From contig CAZMXP010000008.1 in assembly GCA_964570285.1 (NCBI GenBank), positions 36,659 to 100,658 of the forward strand: a DNA stretch of 64,000 nt, in the 5' to 3' direction. The notes below the pieces were generated by a model that did no database searches, was not told the DNA's origin, and worked only from the letters and a program-made list of their open reading frames with translations. The translations under genes and the position numbers were made by a program. Below are positions 1-10,107 of the stretch, in pieces (positions within the stretch are counted from its first letter, which is position 1; the number at the start of each line of letters is the position of its first letter). The DNA is from an uncultured Planctomycetaceae bacterium. GTDB taxonomy: Bacteria > Planctomycetota > PLA2.

Positions 1-470
1 TCGTCCGCCGGCAGGTGCCGGACGCGAGGTTCCGCATCGTCGGGTCGAAACCCGCTCCCGAGGTGGTGCGGCTCGGACGCGGCGAGGGCGTCGAGGTGAC
101 CGGCCGGGTCGAGGACGTGCGTCCGCTGCTCCTCTCCTCCGCGGTGAGCGTCGCGCCGCTGCGCCTCGGCCGCGGCGTGCCGAACAAGATCCTCGAGGCC
201 CTCGCCCTCGCGCTGCCGGTGGTCACGACGAGCAACGGGGCCGCCGGGCTGGAAATGCAGGCGTTCGAGGGGGCGGACGTCGCCGACACGCCCTCGGAGT
301 TCGCGGACGCGGTCGTGCGCCGCCTGCGGGCCGCCCGCGCCGGGGCCTCGCGCTTCCCCGGCCACCGCAGGGCGCTCGCGCGCCTCTACCCGTGGAGCGG
401 CCTCGCGCGCATCCTCTCCGAGGCCGTCGGCACGGGGTCCCGGGTGCAGCCCCGGAGGGCCGTGCCGTGA
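1..470 (+). CDS. Glycosyltransferase family 4 (GT1 fold), C-terminal fragment; 5' end lies outside the window.
   Basis: ORF 15..470. The motif ...GVPNKILEALALALPVVTT... is typical of the GT4 C-terminal domain. Codon usage matches the neighbouring genes. Confidence 0.65.
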   Translation, partial: VRRQVPDARFRIVGSKPAPEVVRLGRGEGVEVTGRVEDVRPLLLSSAVSVAPLRLGRGVPNKILEALALALPVVTTSNGAAGLEMQAFEGADVADTPSEFADAVVRRLRAARAGASRFPGHRRALARLYPWSGLARILSEAVGTGSRVQPRRAVP

Positions 471-1339
471 TCCGGCACGCGCTGACGATCGATTTCGAGA
501 GCTGGTACCACGCCGAGAACGTGCGCCCCGTCGCCCCCGTCGCGGAGTGGCCGAGGCTCGACTCCCGCCTGCGGCAGCCCACGGACCTGCTGCTCGAGAT
601 GCTCGCGGCCCGCTCGATCCGGGCCACGTTCTTCGTGCTCGGGGACGCCGCCGCGCGCGAACCCGCCCTCGTCCGGGCGATCGCGGCCGCGGGCCACGAG
701 GTCGCCAGCCACGGCTGGTCCCACGAACTGATCTACCGGCAGACGCCCGGGGTCTTCGCGGAGGAGACTCGCCGGGCGAAGGCGCTGCTGGAGGACCTGA
801 CGGGGGCTCCCGTCTCGGGCTACCGCGCGTCGACGTTCTCGATCACCGACCGTTCCCTCTGGGCGCTCGACATCCTCGCGGCGGAGGGGTTCCGCTACGA
901 TTCGTCGATCGCCCCCGTGCGGCATGATCGCTACGGCATCCCGTCCGCCCCCCGGACCCCCCACTGGCGCGCCCTCGCGGGTGGCGCGCGGATCGCGGAG
1001 TTCCCGGTCTCCTTCGGAAGCCTGCTCGGCGTGCGCCTGCCGGTCGGCGGCGGGTTCTTCCGCCTCCTCCCGGCCCGGTGGACGCGGAGGGCGCTCGAAC
1101 GCTATTCCGGCCGCGGGGAGCCGGCTGGCATCTACCTCCACCCGTGGGAGTTCGACCCGGAGCAGCCGCGGCCGGCCGGGCTGCCGGCGCTCCGCCGCTT
1201 CCGCCACTACGTCGGGATCGCCTCGGCGCGGAGCAAGCTGGGGCTCCTGCTCGACCGGCTGCCGTTCGCCGCGATGGAGGACGTGCTCGCGGACTCCCTC
1301 GGCGACTTCGCGCCGCGGCGCGCGGGGACGATGGCGTGA
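467..1339 (+). CDS. Polysaccharide deacetylase, PEP-CTERM/XrtA-locus subfamily (carbohydrate esterase 4-like).
   Basis: ORF 392..1339, with a likely GTG start at 467 just before ALTIDFESWYH... The NodB-like motifs are ...TFFVLGD... and ...HEVASHGWSHE... The stop overlaps the next gene's start (GTGA). Confidence 0.75.
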   Translation: MIRHALTIDFESWYHAENVRPVAPVAEWPRLDSRLRQPTDLLLEMLAARSIRATFFVLGDAAAREPALVRAIAAAGHEVASHGWSHELIYRQTPGVFAEETRRAKALLEDLTGAPVSGYRASTFSITDRSLWALDILAAEGFRYDSSIAPVRHDRYGIPSAPRTPHWRALAGGARIAEFPVSFGSLLGVRLPVGGGFFRLLPARWTRRALERYSGRGEPAGIYLHPWEFDPEQPRPAGLPALRRFRHYVGIASARSKLGLLLDRLPFAAMEDVLADSLGDFAPRRAGTMA

Positions 1340-2373
1340 GCGACCCTTCGCTGCTCGAGCCCCGGGAGGTGCTGCGGCTGCCGGCCGACCACCCGCCGGT
1401 CCTGCTCGTCGTCATCGACACGGAGGAGGAGTTCGAGTGGGGCGCGGGGTTCTACCGCGAGAAGACGAGCGTGCGCGCGATGCGGGGCATCCCGCGCGTG
1501 CAGGCGGTCTTCGACGAGTTCGGGATCCGGCCGGTCTACGTCGTCGACTACCCGATCGCGACGCAGCGCGAGGCGTTCGAGCCGCTGCGCGCCTTCCAGC
1601 AGGAGGGGCGGGCGGTCGTCGGCACCCACCTCCACCCGTGGGTGAACCCGCCCTTCGACGAGGAGCCGACGCCCCGCAACTCCTATCCCGGCAACCTGCC
1701 TCCGGCTCTGCTCGAGAAAAAGCTCCGCGTGCTCACCGACGCGATCACCGAGACCTTCGGTCGAAGGCCGGATGCGTACAAGGCCGGACGCTACGGGCTC
1801 GGCCCGGGCACCGAGGAGATCCTCGCGCGTCTCGGCTACCGGTTCGATCTGAGCGTCTGCCCGCGCGTGGATCTCCAGCCCGACGACGGGGGGCCCGACT
1901 ACCTCGCGTTCGCGCCGGAGCCCTACCGCTTCGGGCCCGGGGGGCGCATGCTCGAGATCCCGGTCACCGCGGCGTTTGTCGGCCCGCTCGCACGCTGGGG
2001 GGCGCCGCTGCAGCGCGCCGCGCGGCATCCGTGGGGCCGCGCGGCGCGCCTCCCGGCCCTGCTCGCTCGTTCGGGTGCGCTGCGGCGCATCCGCCTCTCG
2101 CCGGAGGGCGTGAGTTTCGAGGACCATCGGAGGGTCACGCGCGCGATGCTCGCCCGCGGCGTGCGGATCCTCACGTTCAGCTTCCACAGCCCCTCGGCGG
2201 CCCCCGGCTTCACGCCCTACGTCGCGTCCGAGGCCGACCTCGAACAGTTCCTTCTCTCCTGCCGCCGATACTTCGACTGGTTCCTCGGCGAACTCGGCGG
2301 CGTGGCGCTGACGCCGTCGGAGATCCATGCGCGATTGGAGGGGGCCACGGGGGTCGGGCTGAGTCGCGCGTGA
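1336..2373 (+). CDS. WalW-like protein of the polysaccharide-deacetylase family.
   Basis: In frame with ORF 1078..2373; GTG start at 1336 overlaps the upstream stop. VLLVVIDTEEEFEWGAGF is characteristic of the WalW-like deacetylase family. Confidence 0.55.
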   Translation: MSDPSLLEPREVLRLPADHPPVLLVVIDTEEEFEWGAGFYREKTSVRAMRGIPRVQAVFDEFGIRPVYVVDYPIATQREAFEPLRAFQQEGRAVVGTHLHPWVNPPFDEEPTPRNSYPGNLPPALLEKKLRVLTDAITETFGRRPDAYKAGRYGLGPGTEEILARLGYRFDLSVCPRVDLQPDDGGPDYLAFAPEPYRFGPGGRMLEIPVTAAFVGPLARWGAPLQRAARHPWGRAARLPALLARSGALRRIRLSPEGVSFEDHRRVTRAMLARGVRILTFSFHSPSAAPGFTPYVASEADLEQFLLSCRRYFDWFLGELGGVALTPSEIHARLEGATGVGLSRA

Positions 2374-2573
2374 GGTGCGGCGCGGCGGCCCGCGGCCGGA
2401 GTGCGAGGTGTCGAGATTCCTGAACAGGCGCGGGCGGGCGGGCCAGGCGCCTCGCGAGGCATCGCGGAATCCCCGCGGCGGCCGGCGCGTTCGGGGTCTC
2501 GCGGCGGTTGTGGTACATCCTTTGCGCTACTCAAGGACGGAACCGCGTTGTGCCGATTCCCCGACAGCCCCCC

Positions 2574-3680
2574 ATGAACAATCCCCCGAGCGCCGCCAGC
2601 CTGGAGAATCCGGCGGATGCCCCCTGCGTGGCGGACGGGGGGGCGGCACTCTCGGTGCGGCCGGCGAAGGAGGGCGACGCCGAGGCGTGGGATGCCTACG
2701 GCGCCCATCACCCGCGCGCGACCTTCTTCCACCAGAGCCGCTGGTGCCGGATCCTGGCGCAGACCTTCCGCCATCCCGTGCGGTCGCTGCTGGTCGAGGG
2801 GGGCGGCGCGATCCGCGGGATCCTCCCGCTCTTCCGCTGCCGCGGCCTGCGCGGGGGGGTCTCCCTCTTCTCGCTGCCGCACACCGTCTATGGCGGCCCG
2901 CTGGCCGACGACGAAGCGGCGGAGCAGGCGCTGCTCGAGGGCGCGCGCAGGCTCGCGCTGGAGGAGGGAGCCCGGCGGATCGAGTTCCGCAACCGCTATC
3001 CCACCTCGCTCGCGCTCGCGCCGCTGGAGGGCTTCGTCACCTTCGAGAAGGAACTGCCGAAGAGCCCCGATCTCTGCTACCGCTCCCTGCCGAAGAAGTC
3101 GCGCGAGGCGATCAACCAGGCCCGCAAGCGGCACAAGCTCGAGGCCGCCTTCTCGACGGACCTCGACACGTTCTACGCCCTGCTCGCGGCCTCCTACAAG
3201 AACCTCGGGACCCCCTTGTTCCCGAAGGTCTTCTTCGAGCGGATCCTCGCGGAGTTCCCGCGCGAGTCGTCGATCCTTCTCGTCCGCCACGAGGGCCACG
3301 CGGTGGCCGCCGTGCTCTCCGTCGTCTTCCGCGGCATCATGATGCCGCTCTACAGCGGCGAGGCGCCGATGGTGGGCCACCTGAAGGCGAACAACTTCAA
3401 GTACCTCGCGCTGATGGAGCGCGCGGTCGAGAGCGGATGCACGCGCTTCGACTTCGGGCGCAGCCGCCTCTCCAACGAGGGGGTCGTCCGCTTCAAGATC
3501 AACCAGGGGTTCGATCCCATCCCGCTGCCCTACCAGGTGGACGGCGCGACGGAGGACCCCGGCAAGGCTGTGGCCGACCCCAACCGCGGCTTCTACGCGA
3601 AGGCCCGGCTGGCGTGGCGGCGGCTGCCCGATGGTGTCGCTCGGTGGGTCGGGCCCCGCCTCGTCCGGTACTTCCCGTGA
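2574..3680 (+). CDS. FemAB-family acyltransferase (GNAT fold) of the kind associated with exosortase/PEP-CTERM loci.
   Basis: ORF 2508..3680. Internal Met at MNNPPSAASL... is the likely start. ...FHQSRWCRILAQTF... matches FemAB-like proteins. Confidence 0.65.
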   Translation: MNNPPSAASLENPADAPCVADGGAALSVRPAKEGDAEAWDAYGAHHPRATFFHQSRWCRILAQTFRHPVRSLLVEGGGAIRGILPLFRCRGLRGGVSLFSLPHTVYGGPLADDEAAEQALLEGARRLALEEGARRIEFRNRYPTSLALAPLEGFVTFEKELPKSPDLCYRSLPKKSREAINQARKRHKLEAAFSTDLDTFYALLAASYKNLGTPLFPKVFFERILAEFPRESSILLVRHEGHAVAAVLSVVFRGIMMPLYSGEAPMVGHLKANNFKYLALMERAVESGCTRFDFGRSRLSNEGVVRFKINQGFDPIPLPYQVDGATEDPGKAVADPNRGFYAKARLAWRRLPDGVARWVGPRLVRYFP

Positions 3681-3696
3681 TTCGCAGGAGTCTCCC

Positions 3697-5019
3697 ATGC
3701 TCAGGATGATTCTCGTACTCGCCCTCTTCGGGGCCGGCACCGTCGCCGGTCTCCAGTCGGCCGTGATCGCGAGCTGCTTCTTCATCTGGAACGACACCTT
3801 CCGCCCCGCCGAGTGGGCCTACTACCACGGGATCCTCCGGCCCGAGACCTTCAAGGCCGTGCACATCGCGACGGCCGTGCTCGCCCTTTCGCTCTTCATC
3901 CGGCCGTGGAAGCGCCGCTGGAACGGGGTGGCCACGGCGATGCTCATCTTCCTCGGCTGGGTCTTCGTCTGCGCGCTGGCGGCGCAGTTCCGCGAGATCG
4001 CGATGGAGAAGGCCGTCACGACGGCGAAGTACATGATCCCGCTGGCGTTCATCTCCGCGACGCTCTGCACGCGGTCGTCCCAGCACCTCTTCCTCTACAC
4101 ACTCGCGGCCTCGGTCGGGATCTGGATGGTCCACCACGGCGTCAACGCGATCGTGGCGAACGAGCCCGAGCCCTACATGGCGATCCGCGGCGGCCAGATG
4201 TCGGACCGCAACGACTTCATGGTCGCGGGGACCGCCTGCATCCCGATGATCCTCTACATCGGGTTCCGGTACGAGGGGCCTGCGCGCAAGTGGGTGCGGC
4301 TCCTCGCGAAGGCCGGCGCCGTCTTCTCGGCCGGCGCGCTCTTCTACAGCGAGTCGCGGGGCGCCGTGGTCGGGTTCTCCGCGCTGCTCCTCTGGTACGC
4401 CGTCTCGACGGGGCGGTTCTTCAAGCGGCTCTTCACCGTGGTGGCCGTCGCCGGGCTCCTCGTCGCCGTCATGCCGGGCTTCGTCTGGGAGCGCATGTCC
4501 ACGATCGAGGTGGGCGAGGATCAGACCGAGTCGTCGGCGGCCAATCGCCTCGTCCACATGAAGACGGCGGTGGACGTGACGCTGGACTACCCCGTGACCG
4601 GGGTCGGTCCGAGCAACTTCCCCATCGTCTCGAGCCGCTACTCGGTCTTCAATGCCGAGCCGCACAGCATCTGGCTGAAGTGCTCCTCGGAGTACGGCCT
4701 GCCGATGCTGGTCTTCTTCCTGCTGCTCGTGGGACGCCTGCTCTTCCGGCTCCGGGCCAGCGCCGCGCTGGCGAGGCGCGCGGGGGACCGGCAGACCGAG
4801 GCCCTCGCCACGACGCTGAACTGCGCCCTCTTCGGATTCCTCGCGACGGGCTCGTTCACGAGCCAGTTCCTGAGCGAGTACATGTGGGCGATCATCGGCC
4901 TCATCGGTGCGTTCCTCGCGACGCCGGTCCAGCACCTCGCCCCGGAGGGCGAACCGGCCGGCGAGGAGCCGTCCCGGTCGGCTGCCGGAGAGCGCCCGGT
5001 CGCCCTGCCTCGCGCCTGA
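3697..5019 (+). CDS. O-antigen ligase-like (Wzy_C) polytopic membrane protein; a putative O-glycosylation ligase of the XrtA-locus type.
   Basis: ORF 3631..5019. ATG at 3697 with GCAGGAG upstream. About 10 predicted TM helices, and a ...HSIWLKCSSEYG... Wzy_C-like motif. Confidence 0.65.
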   Translation: MLRMILVLALFGAGTVAGLQSAVIASCFFIWNDTFRPAEWAYYHGILRPETFKAVHIATAVLALSLFIRPWKRRWNGVATAMLIFLGWVFVCALAAQFREIAMEKAVTTAKYMIPLAFISATLCTRSSQHLFLYTLAASVGIWMVHHGVNAIVANEPEPYMAIRGGQMSDRNDFMVAGTACIPMILYIGFRYEGPARKWVRLLAKAGAVFSAGALFYSESRGAVVGFSALLLWYAVSTGRFFKRLFTVVAVAGLLVAVMPGFVWERMSTIEVGEDQTESSAANRLVHMKTAVDVTLDYPVTGVGPSNFPIVSSRYSVFNAEPHSIWLKCSSEYGLPMLVFFLLLVGRLLFRLRASAALARRAGDRQTEALATTLNCALFGFLATGSFTSQFLSEYMWAIIGLIGAFLATPVQHLAPEGEPAGEEPSRSAAGERPVALPRA

Positions 5020-5040
5020 CGCGAGGGCCTCCCGTTCCCC

Positions 5041-6261
5041 GTGCGCATCCTGACGATCTCCGGCCTGTTCCCGAGCCGGAGTTCGCCGGCTCACGGGGTC
5101 TTCGTCCTCCAGAGGACGAAGGCGCTGCGGGACGCGGGCCATGAGATCCGCGTCCTCGCGCCCGTGCCGTGGGTGCCCCCGGGCCCGGTCCCCGCCCGCT
5201 ACGCCAGGCTGAGGTCCACGCCGCGCGACGAGATCCTCGAAGGGATCCCCGTCCGCCACCCGCGCTACTTCATGGTCCCGAAGATCGGCGTCTACGCGCA
5301 GGATCGGCTCTACGCCCACGGCATCCGGCGGGCGGTCCGCGAGGCGGTAGCCGACTTCCACCCCGACCTGCTCGACGTGCACTACCTCTTTCCGGATGCC
5401 TGCGGCGTGGCGCGCCTGGCGACACGCCTGGGGCTCCCCTACGTCTGCTCCGCGCGCGGCAGCGACGTCAAGGTCCTCGGGCGGATCCCGTTCCTCGCGC
5501 GCCGCATTCGTGGCGCGCTGCTCGGCGCGTCTGCCGTCATCGCCGTCTCGCGCGACCTCGCGGAGACGATGCGCCGTCAGGCCCTGTATGAGGGCGAGAT
5601 CGCGGTGATCCCGAACGGCGTAGACCCCGACGTGTTCCGCCCCCGCAACCGCGCCGAGGCGCGGGGCGCCCTGGGCCTCCCGGTCCGCGGGCGCATCGTC
5701 GTGTGCGTGGGACACGTGGCACCCGCGCACGGGCAGGACCTGATCGTGGAGGCGTTCCAGAGTCCGGACGCGCCCCCGGACGTGACGGCGTACCTGATCG
5801 GGGGCGGCCGGGGGCTCGACGCGATGCGCCGCGAGGTGGCGCGGCGGGGACTTGCGGGACGCATCCACCTGCCGGGCCCCGCGCCGCATGCGCAGATCCC
5901 GCTCTGGTTCGCCGCCGCCGACGCGTCGCTCCATCCCGGTTCGCATGCCGGCTGCCCGAACGCCGTGCTCGAGTCGCTCGCATGCGGCACCCCCTGCCTC
6001 GCGAGCGACATCCCCGAGATGCGCGAGGTGATCGACGCCGACCGTCAGGGAGTGCTCGTCGCGCGGGAGCCCGCGGCGATCGCGCGCGGGATCCGGGCGC
6101 TCCTCGAACGGTCGGCGGCCGCGGAGGTTCGGCCCGCGGCGCCGCGCTCCTGGGGCGACGTGGCGCGCGAGATCACCGCCCTGTTCGAGGGGGTGCGGTC
6201 GCCCGCGGCGGCGAAGGCGCCGCGCTCGCTGTCTCCGCGAACCGGCGGTGCCAGAGGTTGA
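5041..6261 (+). CDS. Glycosyltransferase family 4.
   Basis: GTG start MRILTISGLFPSRSSP... is the N-terminal GT4 motif. ...ESLACGTPCLASDIPEMREV... is the C-terminal GT1 motif. Confidence 0.8.
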   Translation: MRILTISGLFPSRSSPAHGVFVLQRTKALRDAGHEIRVLAPVPWVPPGPVPARYARLRSTPRDEILEGIPVRHPRYFMVPKIGVYAQDRLYAHGIRRAVREAVADFHPDLLDVHYLFPDACGVARLATRLGLPYVCSARGSDVKVLGRIPFLARRIRGALLGASAVIAVSRDLAETMRRQALYEGEIAVIPNGVDPDVFRPRNRAEARGALGLPVRGRIVVCVGHVAPAHGQDLIVEAFQSPDAPPDVTAYLIGGGRGLDAMRREVARRGLAGRIHLPGPAPHAQIPLWFAAADASLHPGSHAGCPNAVLESLACGTPCLASDIPEMREVIDADRQGVLVAREPAAIARGIRALLERSAAAEVRPAAPRSWGDVAREITALFEGVRSPAAAKAPRSLSPRTGGARG

Positions 6262-8173
6262 ACATCATCAGGATCCAGAGCTCCGTCGAGCGGTTGCGCA
6301 GGCCCGACTGGTGCTGGTTCCAGAGCTTCTCGACCTCCTCCCGCCGGAAGAAGTGGCGCGTCCCCTCGCTCTCCAGCAGCAGGTCGCGCGCGTACTCACG
6401 CATCTCGCCGCGCAGCCACTCGGGCAGCGGGACACCGAACCCCATCTTCGGCCGGTAGAGCACCTCCCGCGGCAGGTGCGGCTCCAGCGCCTTCTTGAGG
6501 ATCCACTTCTTCTCGCGGCCCCGGATCTTCATCGACGAGGGCACGCGCGCGGCGAGTTCCATGAATTCGTGGTCAAGCACCGGGCAGCGCACCTCGAGCG
6601 AGACCGCCATGCTCGCGCGGTCGACCTTCACGAGGATGTCCTCGCAGAGGTAGGTCTTGATGTCGAGATAGAGCAGGCGCGAGAGGTGGTCCTCGGCCTG
6701 CGCGGCCGCGTAGTGGTGGCGGAAGAGGTCGATGCTCCGGTGGTCGCCGAGGGCGGCGCGCACCCCGGGCTGCAGCAGTTCGGCCTTCTGCTCCTCCTTG
6801 AACGCGGAGACGGAGTGGAAGTAGGCATCCACCGGATCGCGCGCGAGGTTTCCGAGGAAGGCCTTGCCGCGGAAGACCTGCGGCAGCCAGTCGGCCTTCG
6901 GGTAGAGCTTGCCGACGGCGCCGAAGAGCGGACGGCGCAGCCAGCGGGGGAACCAGCCGCGGACGAGGTTCTCGCGCATGTCGAACCAGTAGCGGCGGTA
7001 GCCGGCGAAGTTCTCGTCCCCGCCGTCGCCCGAGAGCGCGACGGTCACCTTCTCCCGCGCGGTCTTCGAGACGTAGTAGGTCGGGACCGCGGAGGCGTCC
7101 GCGAACGGCTCGTCGTAGTGCCACGCGAGCTTCTCGACGATCGGGATCGCCTCGGGCGTGACCGCGTACTCGTGGTGGTCGGTGGCGAAGCGCTTCGCGA
7201 TGAGGCGCGCGTACTCCGACTCGTCGTAGGCGGCCACGGAGAACGAGATGGACGACGTCTTCACGGGCCCGGAGGAGAGGCCGGCCATGAGGCCGACGAC
7301 GGCGGAGGAGTCGACCCCGCCGCTCAGGAAGGCGCCGAGGGGCACCTCGCTCATCATGCGGATCTTCACGGACTCGCGCAGCTTCTCGACGATCTCCTCG
7401 CCGAGCGCCTCCGCGGACTCCTCGCGGCGCGGGACGAAGGGGAGATCCCAGTAGCAGCTCGTGCGGATGTCGCGCTCGGTGACCACCGCGTAGTGCGCCG
7501 CCGGGAGCTTCCGCACGTCGCGGAAGATCGCGCGCGGCGACGGCACGTAGAGCAGCGACAGGTAGTCGCTCACCGCGGTCGGGTCGATCTCCCGCGGGAT
7601 GCCCGGCACCTCGAGGATCGACTTCATCTCGGAGCCGAACGCGAAGCGCCCCTGGTGCGCGGCGTAGTAGAGGGGCTTCTTGCCGAGGCGGTCGCGGGCG
7701 AGGAAGAGCACGCGCTTGCGCTCGTCCCAGATCGCGTAGGCGAACATGCCGCGCATGCGGCGCACGCTCTCCTCGCCCCACTCCTCCCACGCGTGCACGA
7801 TCATCTCCGTGTCCGAGTTCGTGCGGAAGCGGTGGCCGAGGCGCTCCAGCTCCGCCTTGAGCGCCTCGAAGTTGTAGATCTCCCCGTTGAAGGTGATCCA
7901 GACGGTGCCATCCTCGTTGGAGAGGGGCTGCTGGCCCGTCGCGAGGTCGATGATGGAGAGGCGCCGGTGGCCGAAGCCGACGTGACCCTGCCCCGGCAGG
8001 GCCGAAAGCCCGTGGACCGGCACGTCGGGGCAGGCGGCGCGCGCGTCGGGCCGGTTGAGGAAGTAGCCCTCCTCGTCGGGGCCGCGGTGGACGACCGCGC
8101 GCGTCATCCGCACGAGAACCTCGGGATCGACGGGGCGCCCGTCCCGCTGGTAGAGCCCGGCAATGCCGCACAT
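6173..8173 (-). CDS. asnB: Asparagine synthase (glutamine-hydrolysing)-family amidotransferase; exosortase-A-associated amidotransferase-1-like.
   Basis: MCGIAGLY... gives the class-II GATase Cys2 nucleophile. SGGVDSS PP-loop. Strong RBS GGAGGAAGGAACC upstream of the ATG. Confidence 0.85.
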   Translation of the reverse strand: MCGIAGLYQRDGRPVDPEVLVRMTRAVVHRGPDEEGYFLNRPDARAACPDVPVHGLSALPGQGHVGFGHRRLSIIDLATGQQPLSNEDGTVWITFNGEIYNFEALKAELERLGHRFRTNSDTEMIVHAWEEWGEESVRRMRGMFAYAIWDERKRVLFLARDRLGKKPLYYAAHQGRFAFGSEMKSILEVPGIPREIDPTAVSDYLSLLYVPSPRAIFRDVRKLPAAHYAVVTERDIRTSCYWDLPFVPRREESAEALGEEIVEKLRESVKIRMMSEVPLGAFLSGGVDSSAVVGLMAGLSSGPVKTSSISFSVAAYDESEYARLIAKRFATDHHEYAVTPEAIPIVEKLAWHYDEPFADASAVPTYYVSKTAREKVTVALSGDGGDENFAGYRRYWFDMRENLVRGWFPRWLRRPLFGAVGKLYPKADWLPQVFRGKAFLGNLARDPVDAYFHSVSAFKEEQKAELLQPGVRAALGDHRSIDLFRHHYAAAQAEDHLSRLLYLDIKTYLCEDILVKVDRASMAVSLEVRCPVLDHEFMELAARVPSSMKIRGREKKWILKKALEPHLPREVLYRPKMGFGVPLPEWLRGEMREYARDLLLESEGTRHFFRREEVEKLWNQHQSGLRNRSTELWILMMFNLWHRRFAETASAAPSPPRATAPPRTGR

Positions 8174-8214
8174 GGTTCCTTCCTCCGCGCCCGCGGCGCG
8201 CCGCTAACGAGCCC

Positions 8215-10071
8215 TCATCGGCTGGCCCCGTCCCGCGCTTGACGCGCCGCCGCCCGCTCCCCGTGCGTGCGGAACCAGAGCTCGAGCATCATCAGCGTCC
8301 AGATCATGACGCCGTAGTATCCCGCGTGGCCCGTCCGGTGCAGCTCGAGAATCTCGTCGAGGAAGGCGGGACGCACGATTCCGCGCCCGCGCAGCCCGGC
8401 GAGGCAGTCCGAAGCGAGGGCCTGCAGCGGCTCGTGGGTCCGCAGCCAGACGCCGAACGGCAGCCCGAAGCCGTGCTTCTGCTTCCGGAGGATCTTCTCC
8501 GGCAGGAAGTCCGCGAGCGCCCACTTGAAGAACCAGCGGAGCTGGTAGCCCTTCACCTTCAGGTCGGAGGGCAGCCGCGCCGCGAAGGCGACCATCGCGT
8601 CGTCGAGGAAGGGGTAGGCGACCTCCACGCCCGCGAGCCCGCAGGAGCCGTTGACCTTCACGAGGTCGTTGTCCGCGAGCGTGAACTTCAGATCGAGCGC
8701 GAGCAGCCGGTTCAGGCTCGAGTCGGCGTCCGCGCCGTCGTAGACCTCGCGCGCGAGGCGGATCGGCTCCTCGCGGTCCACCGAGGCGAGGAACGAGGGC
8801 TCGAAGACCCGCTCTGCGCCGAGCATGCGGAGCAGCGTGTAGTTGTAGAGCCGGTCGGGCAGGCGCGTGTTCGCCTGCCGGATGTAGCTGCGCGCCTTGC
8901 GCACGAGCGCGAGCCGTTCGCCGAACGGGAAGCGGCGCAACAGCGGCTCGAGGAGCGCGCGGAAGAGGCGCGGCACGCGCCCGTACACGTCGAACACCCT
9001 CTGGCTCGCGTAGCGCTCGTTGCCGCCGAAGATCTCGTCGCCGCCGTCGCCGGCCAGCATCCTGTGGACGCCGTCGTCGGCCGCGAGGCGCGCGCAGAAG
9101 TAGGTCGGCACCGCCGACTCGTTCGCGAAGGGGTTCCCGTGGGCCGCGGCGATGCGCGGGATCGCGGCGAGCACGTCGTCGGGGGTGACGTAGTACTCGT
9201 GGTGGTCGGTCCCGAAGTGGCGCGCCGCCGTCCGCGCGAACTCCATCTCGTCGTAGCCCTCCGCGGCGAACCCGATCGAGTAGGTCTTCGCGGGCCGTCC
9301 GAGCACCTGCGTCAGGATCCCGGCGACGGTCGAGCTGTCCGTGCCGCCGCTCAGGAAGGCGCCGGCCGCGGCGCTGCCGGCCGAGCGCTCCACGGCCCCG
9401 CGCAGCAGCCCGCGGAACTCGCGCTTGAGTTCCTCGAGGGGGGCGCGGCGCCCCCGGTAGACGGTCCGCCCGAAGAGGGCGCGCTCCGTGCGGCCGTCCC
9501 GGACGTGGAGGTATTCGCCGGGCAGCAGGCGCGACTGCCCGCGCAGCACCGAACGGGGCGCGGGAACCTGATGGAAGAAGACGTAGTCGTAGATCGCCTG
9601 CGGATCGACGCCGCCCCCGCCGGGAAGGCAGAGGGGGGAGGAACCGAACAGCAGGCAGCCCTCCTCGCGTTCGAAGTAGAGGGGGAAGCAGCCGCAGCGG
9701 TCGATCGCGAGGAGCGCCTCGGAGCCGTCGGTCCGGAGGATCGCGGCGGCGAAGAGACCCGTGACGCCGGCGAGCAGGCCCGGGCCGCGGTCGACGAAAC
9801 CCTGGGCGAACGCCGCGGCGCCACCCTCCCGTTCCGCGCGCTGGGCGAGGGCGGCGTCCGCGAACGAGGGGCGACCGACGACCGCGACGAGGAGGTCGTC
9901 GCCTTCGTGGAGAGTCGCGTTGCCGTGCAGGGCGGCGGCGGCGAGACCCGCGGCCGGGCCGAGCTTCGTGCGGACCGCCGCCCCGCCGAACGCCCTCGCG
10001 GCCCGCTCGATGCGCGCGGCACCCTCCGACTCGCCGGCGACGCCGCCGACCCACCCTCCGATGCCGCTCAT
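8215..10071 (-). CDS. Asparagine-synthase-family paralog 2, with the nucleophile Cys replaced by Ser.
   Basis: MSGIGGW... aligns to MCGIAG. SGGTDSS PP-loop. Full-length AsnB architecture. Confidence 0.8.
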   Translation of the reverse strand: MSGIGGWVGGVAGESEGAARIERAARAFGGAAVRTKLGPAAGLAAAALHGNATLHEGDDLLVAVVGRPSFADAALAQRAEREGGAAAFAQGFVDRGPGLLAGVTGLFAAAILRTDGSEALLAIDRCGCFPLYFEREEGCLLFGSSPLCLPGGGGVDPQAIYDYVFFHQVPAPRSVLRGQSRLLPGEYLHVRDGRTERALFGRTVYRGRRAPLEELKREFRGLLRGAVERSAGSAAAGAFLSGGTDSSTVAGILTQVLGRPAKTYSIGFAAEGYDEMEFARTAARHFGTDHHEYYVTPDDVLAAIPRIAAAHGNPFANESAVPTYFCARLAADDGVHRMLAGDGGDEIFGGNERYASQRVFDVYGRVPRLFRALLEPLLRRFPFGERLALVRKARSYIRQANTRLPDRLYNYTLLRMLGAERVFEPSFLASVDREEPIRLAREVYDGADADSSLNRLLALDLKFTLADNDLVKVNGSCGLAGVEVAYPFLDDAMVAFAARLPSDLKVKGYQLRWFFKWALADFLPEKILRKQKHGFGLPFGVWLRTHEPLQALASDCLAGLRGRGIVRPAFLDEILELHRTGHAGYYGVMIWTLMMLELWFRTHGERAAARQARDGASR

Positions 10072-10107
10072 CGCGCCTCCTGCGTCATGTTTCGTCCGGT
10101 TGCAAGG

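Noticed and set aside
3499-5946. 815-aa minus-strand ORF.
   Set aside because: Antisense to the O-ligase and GT4 genes. R/G/E/D-rich composition with no motifs; GC-frame artefact.
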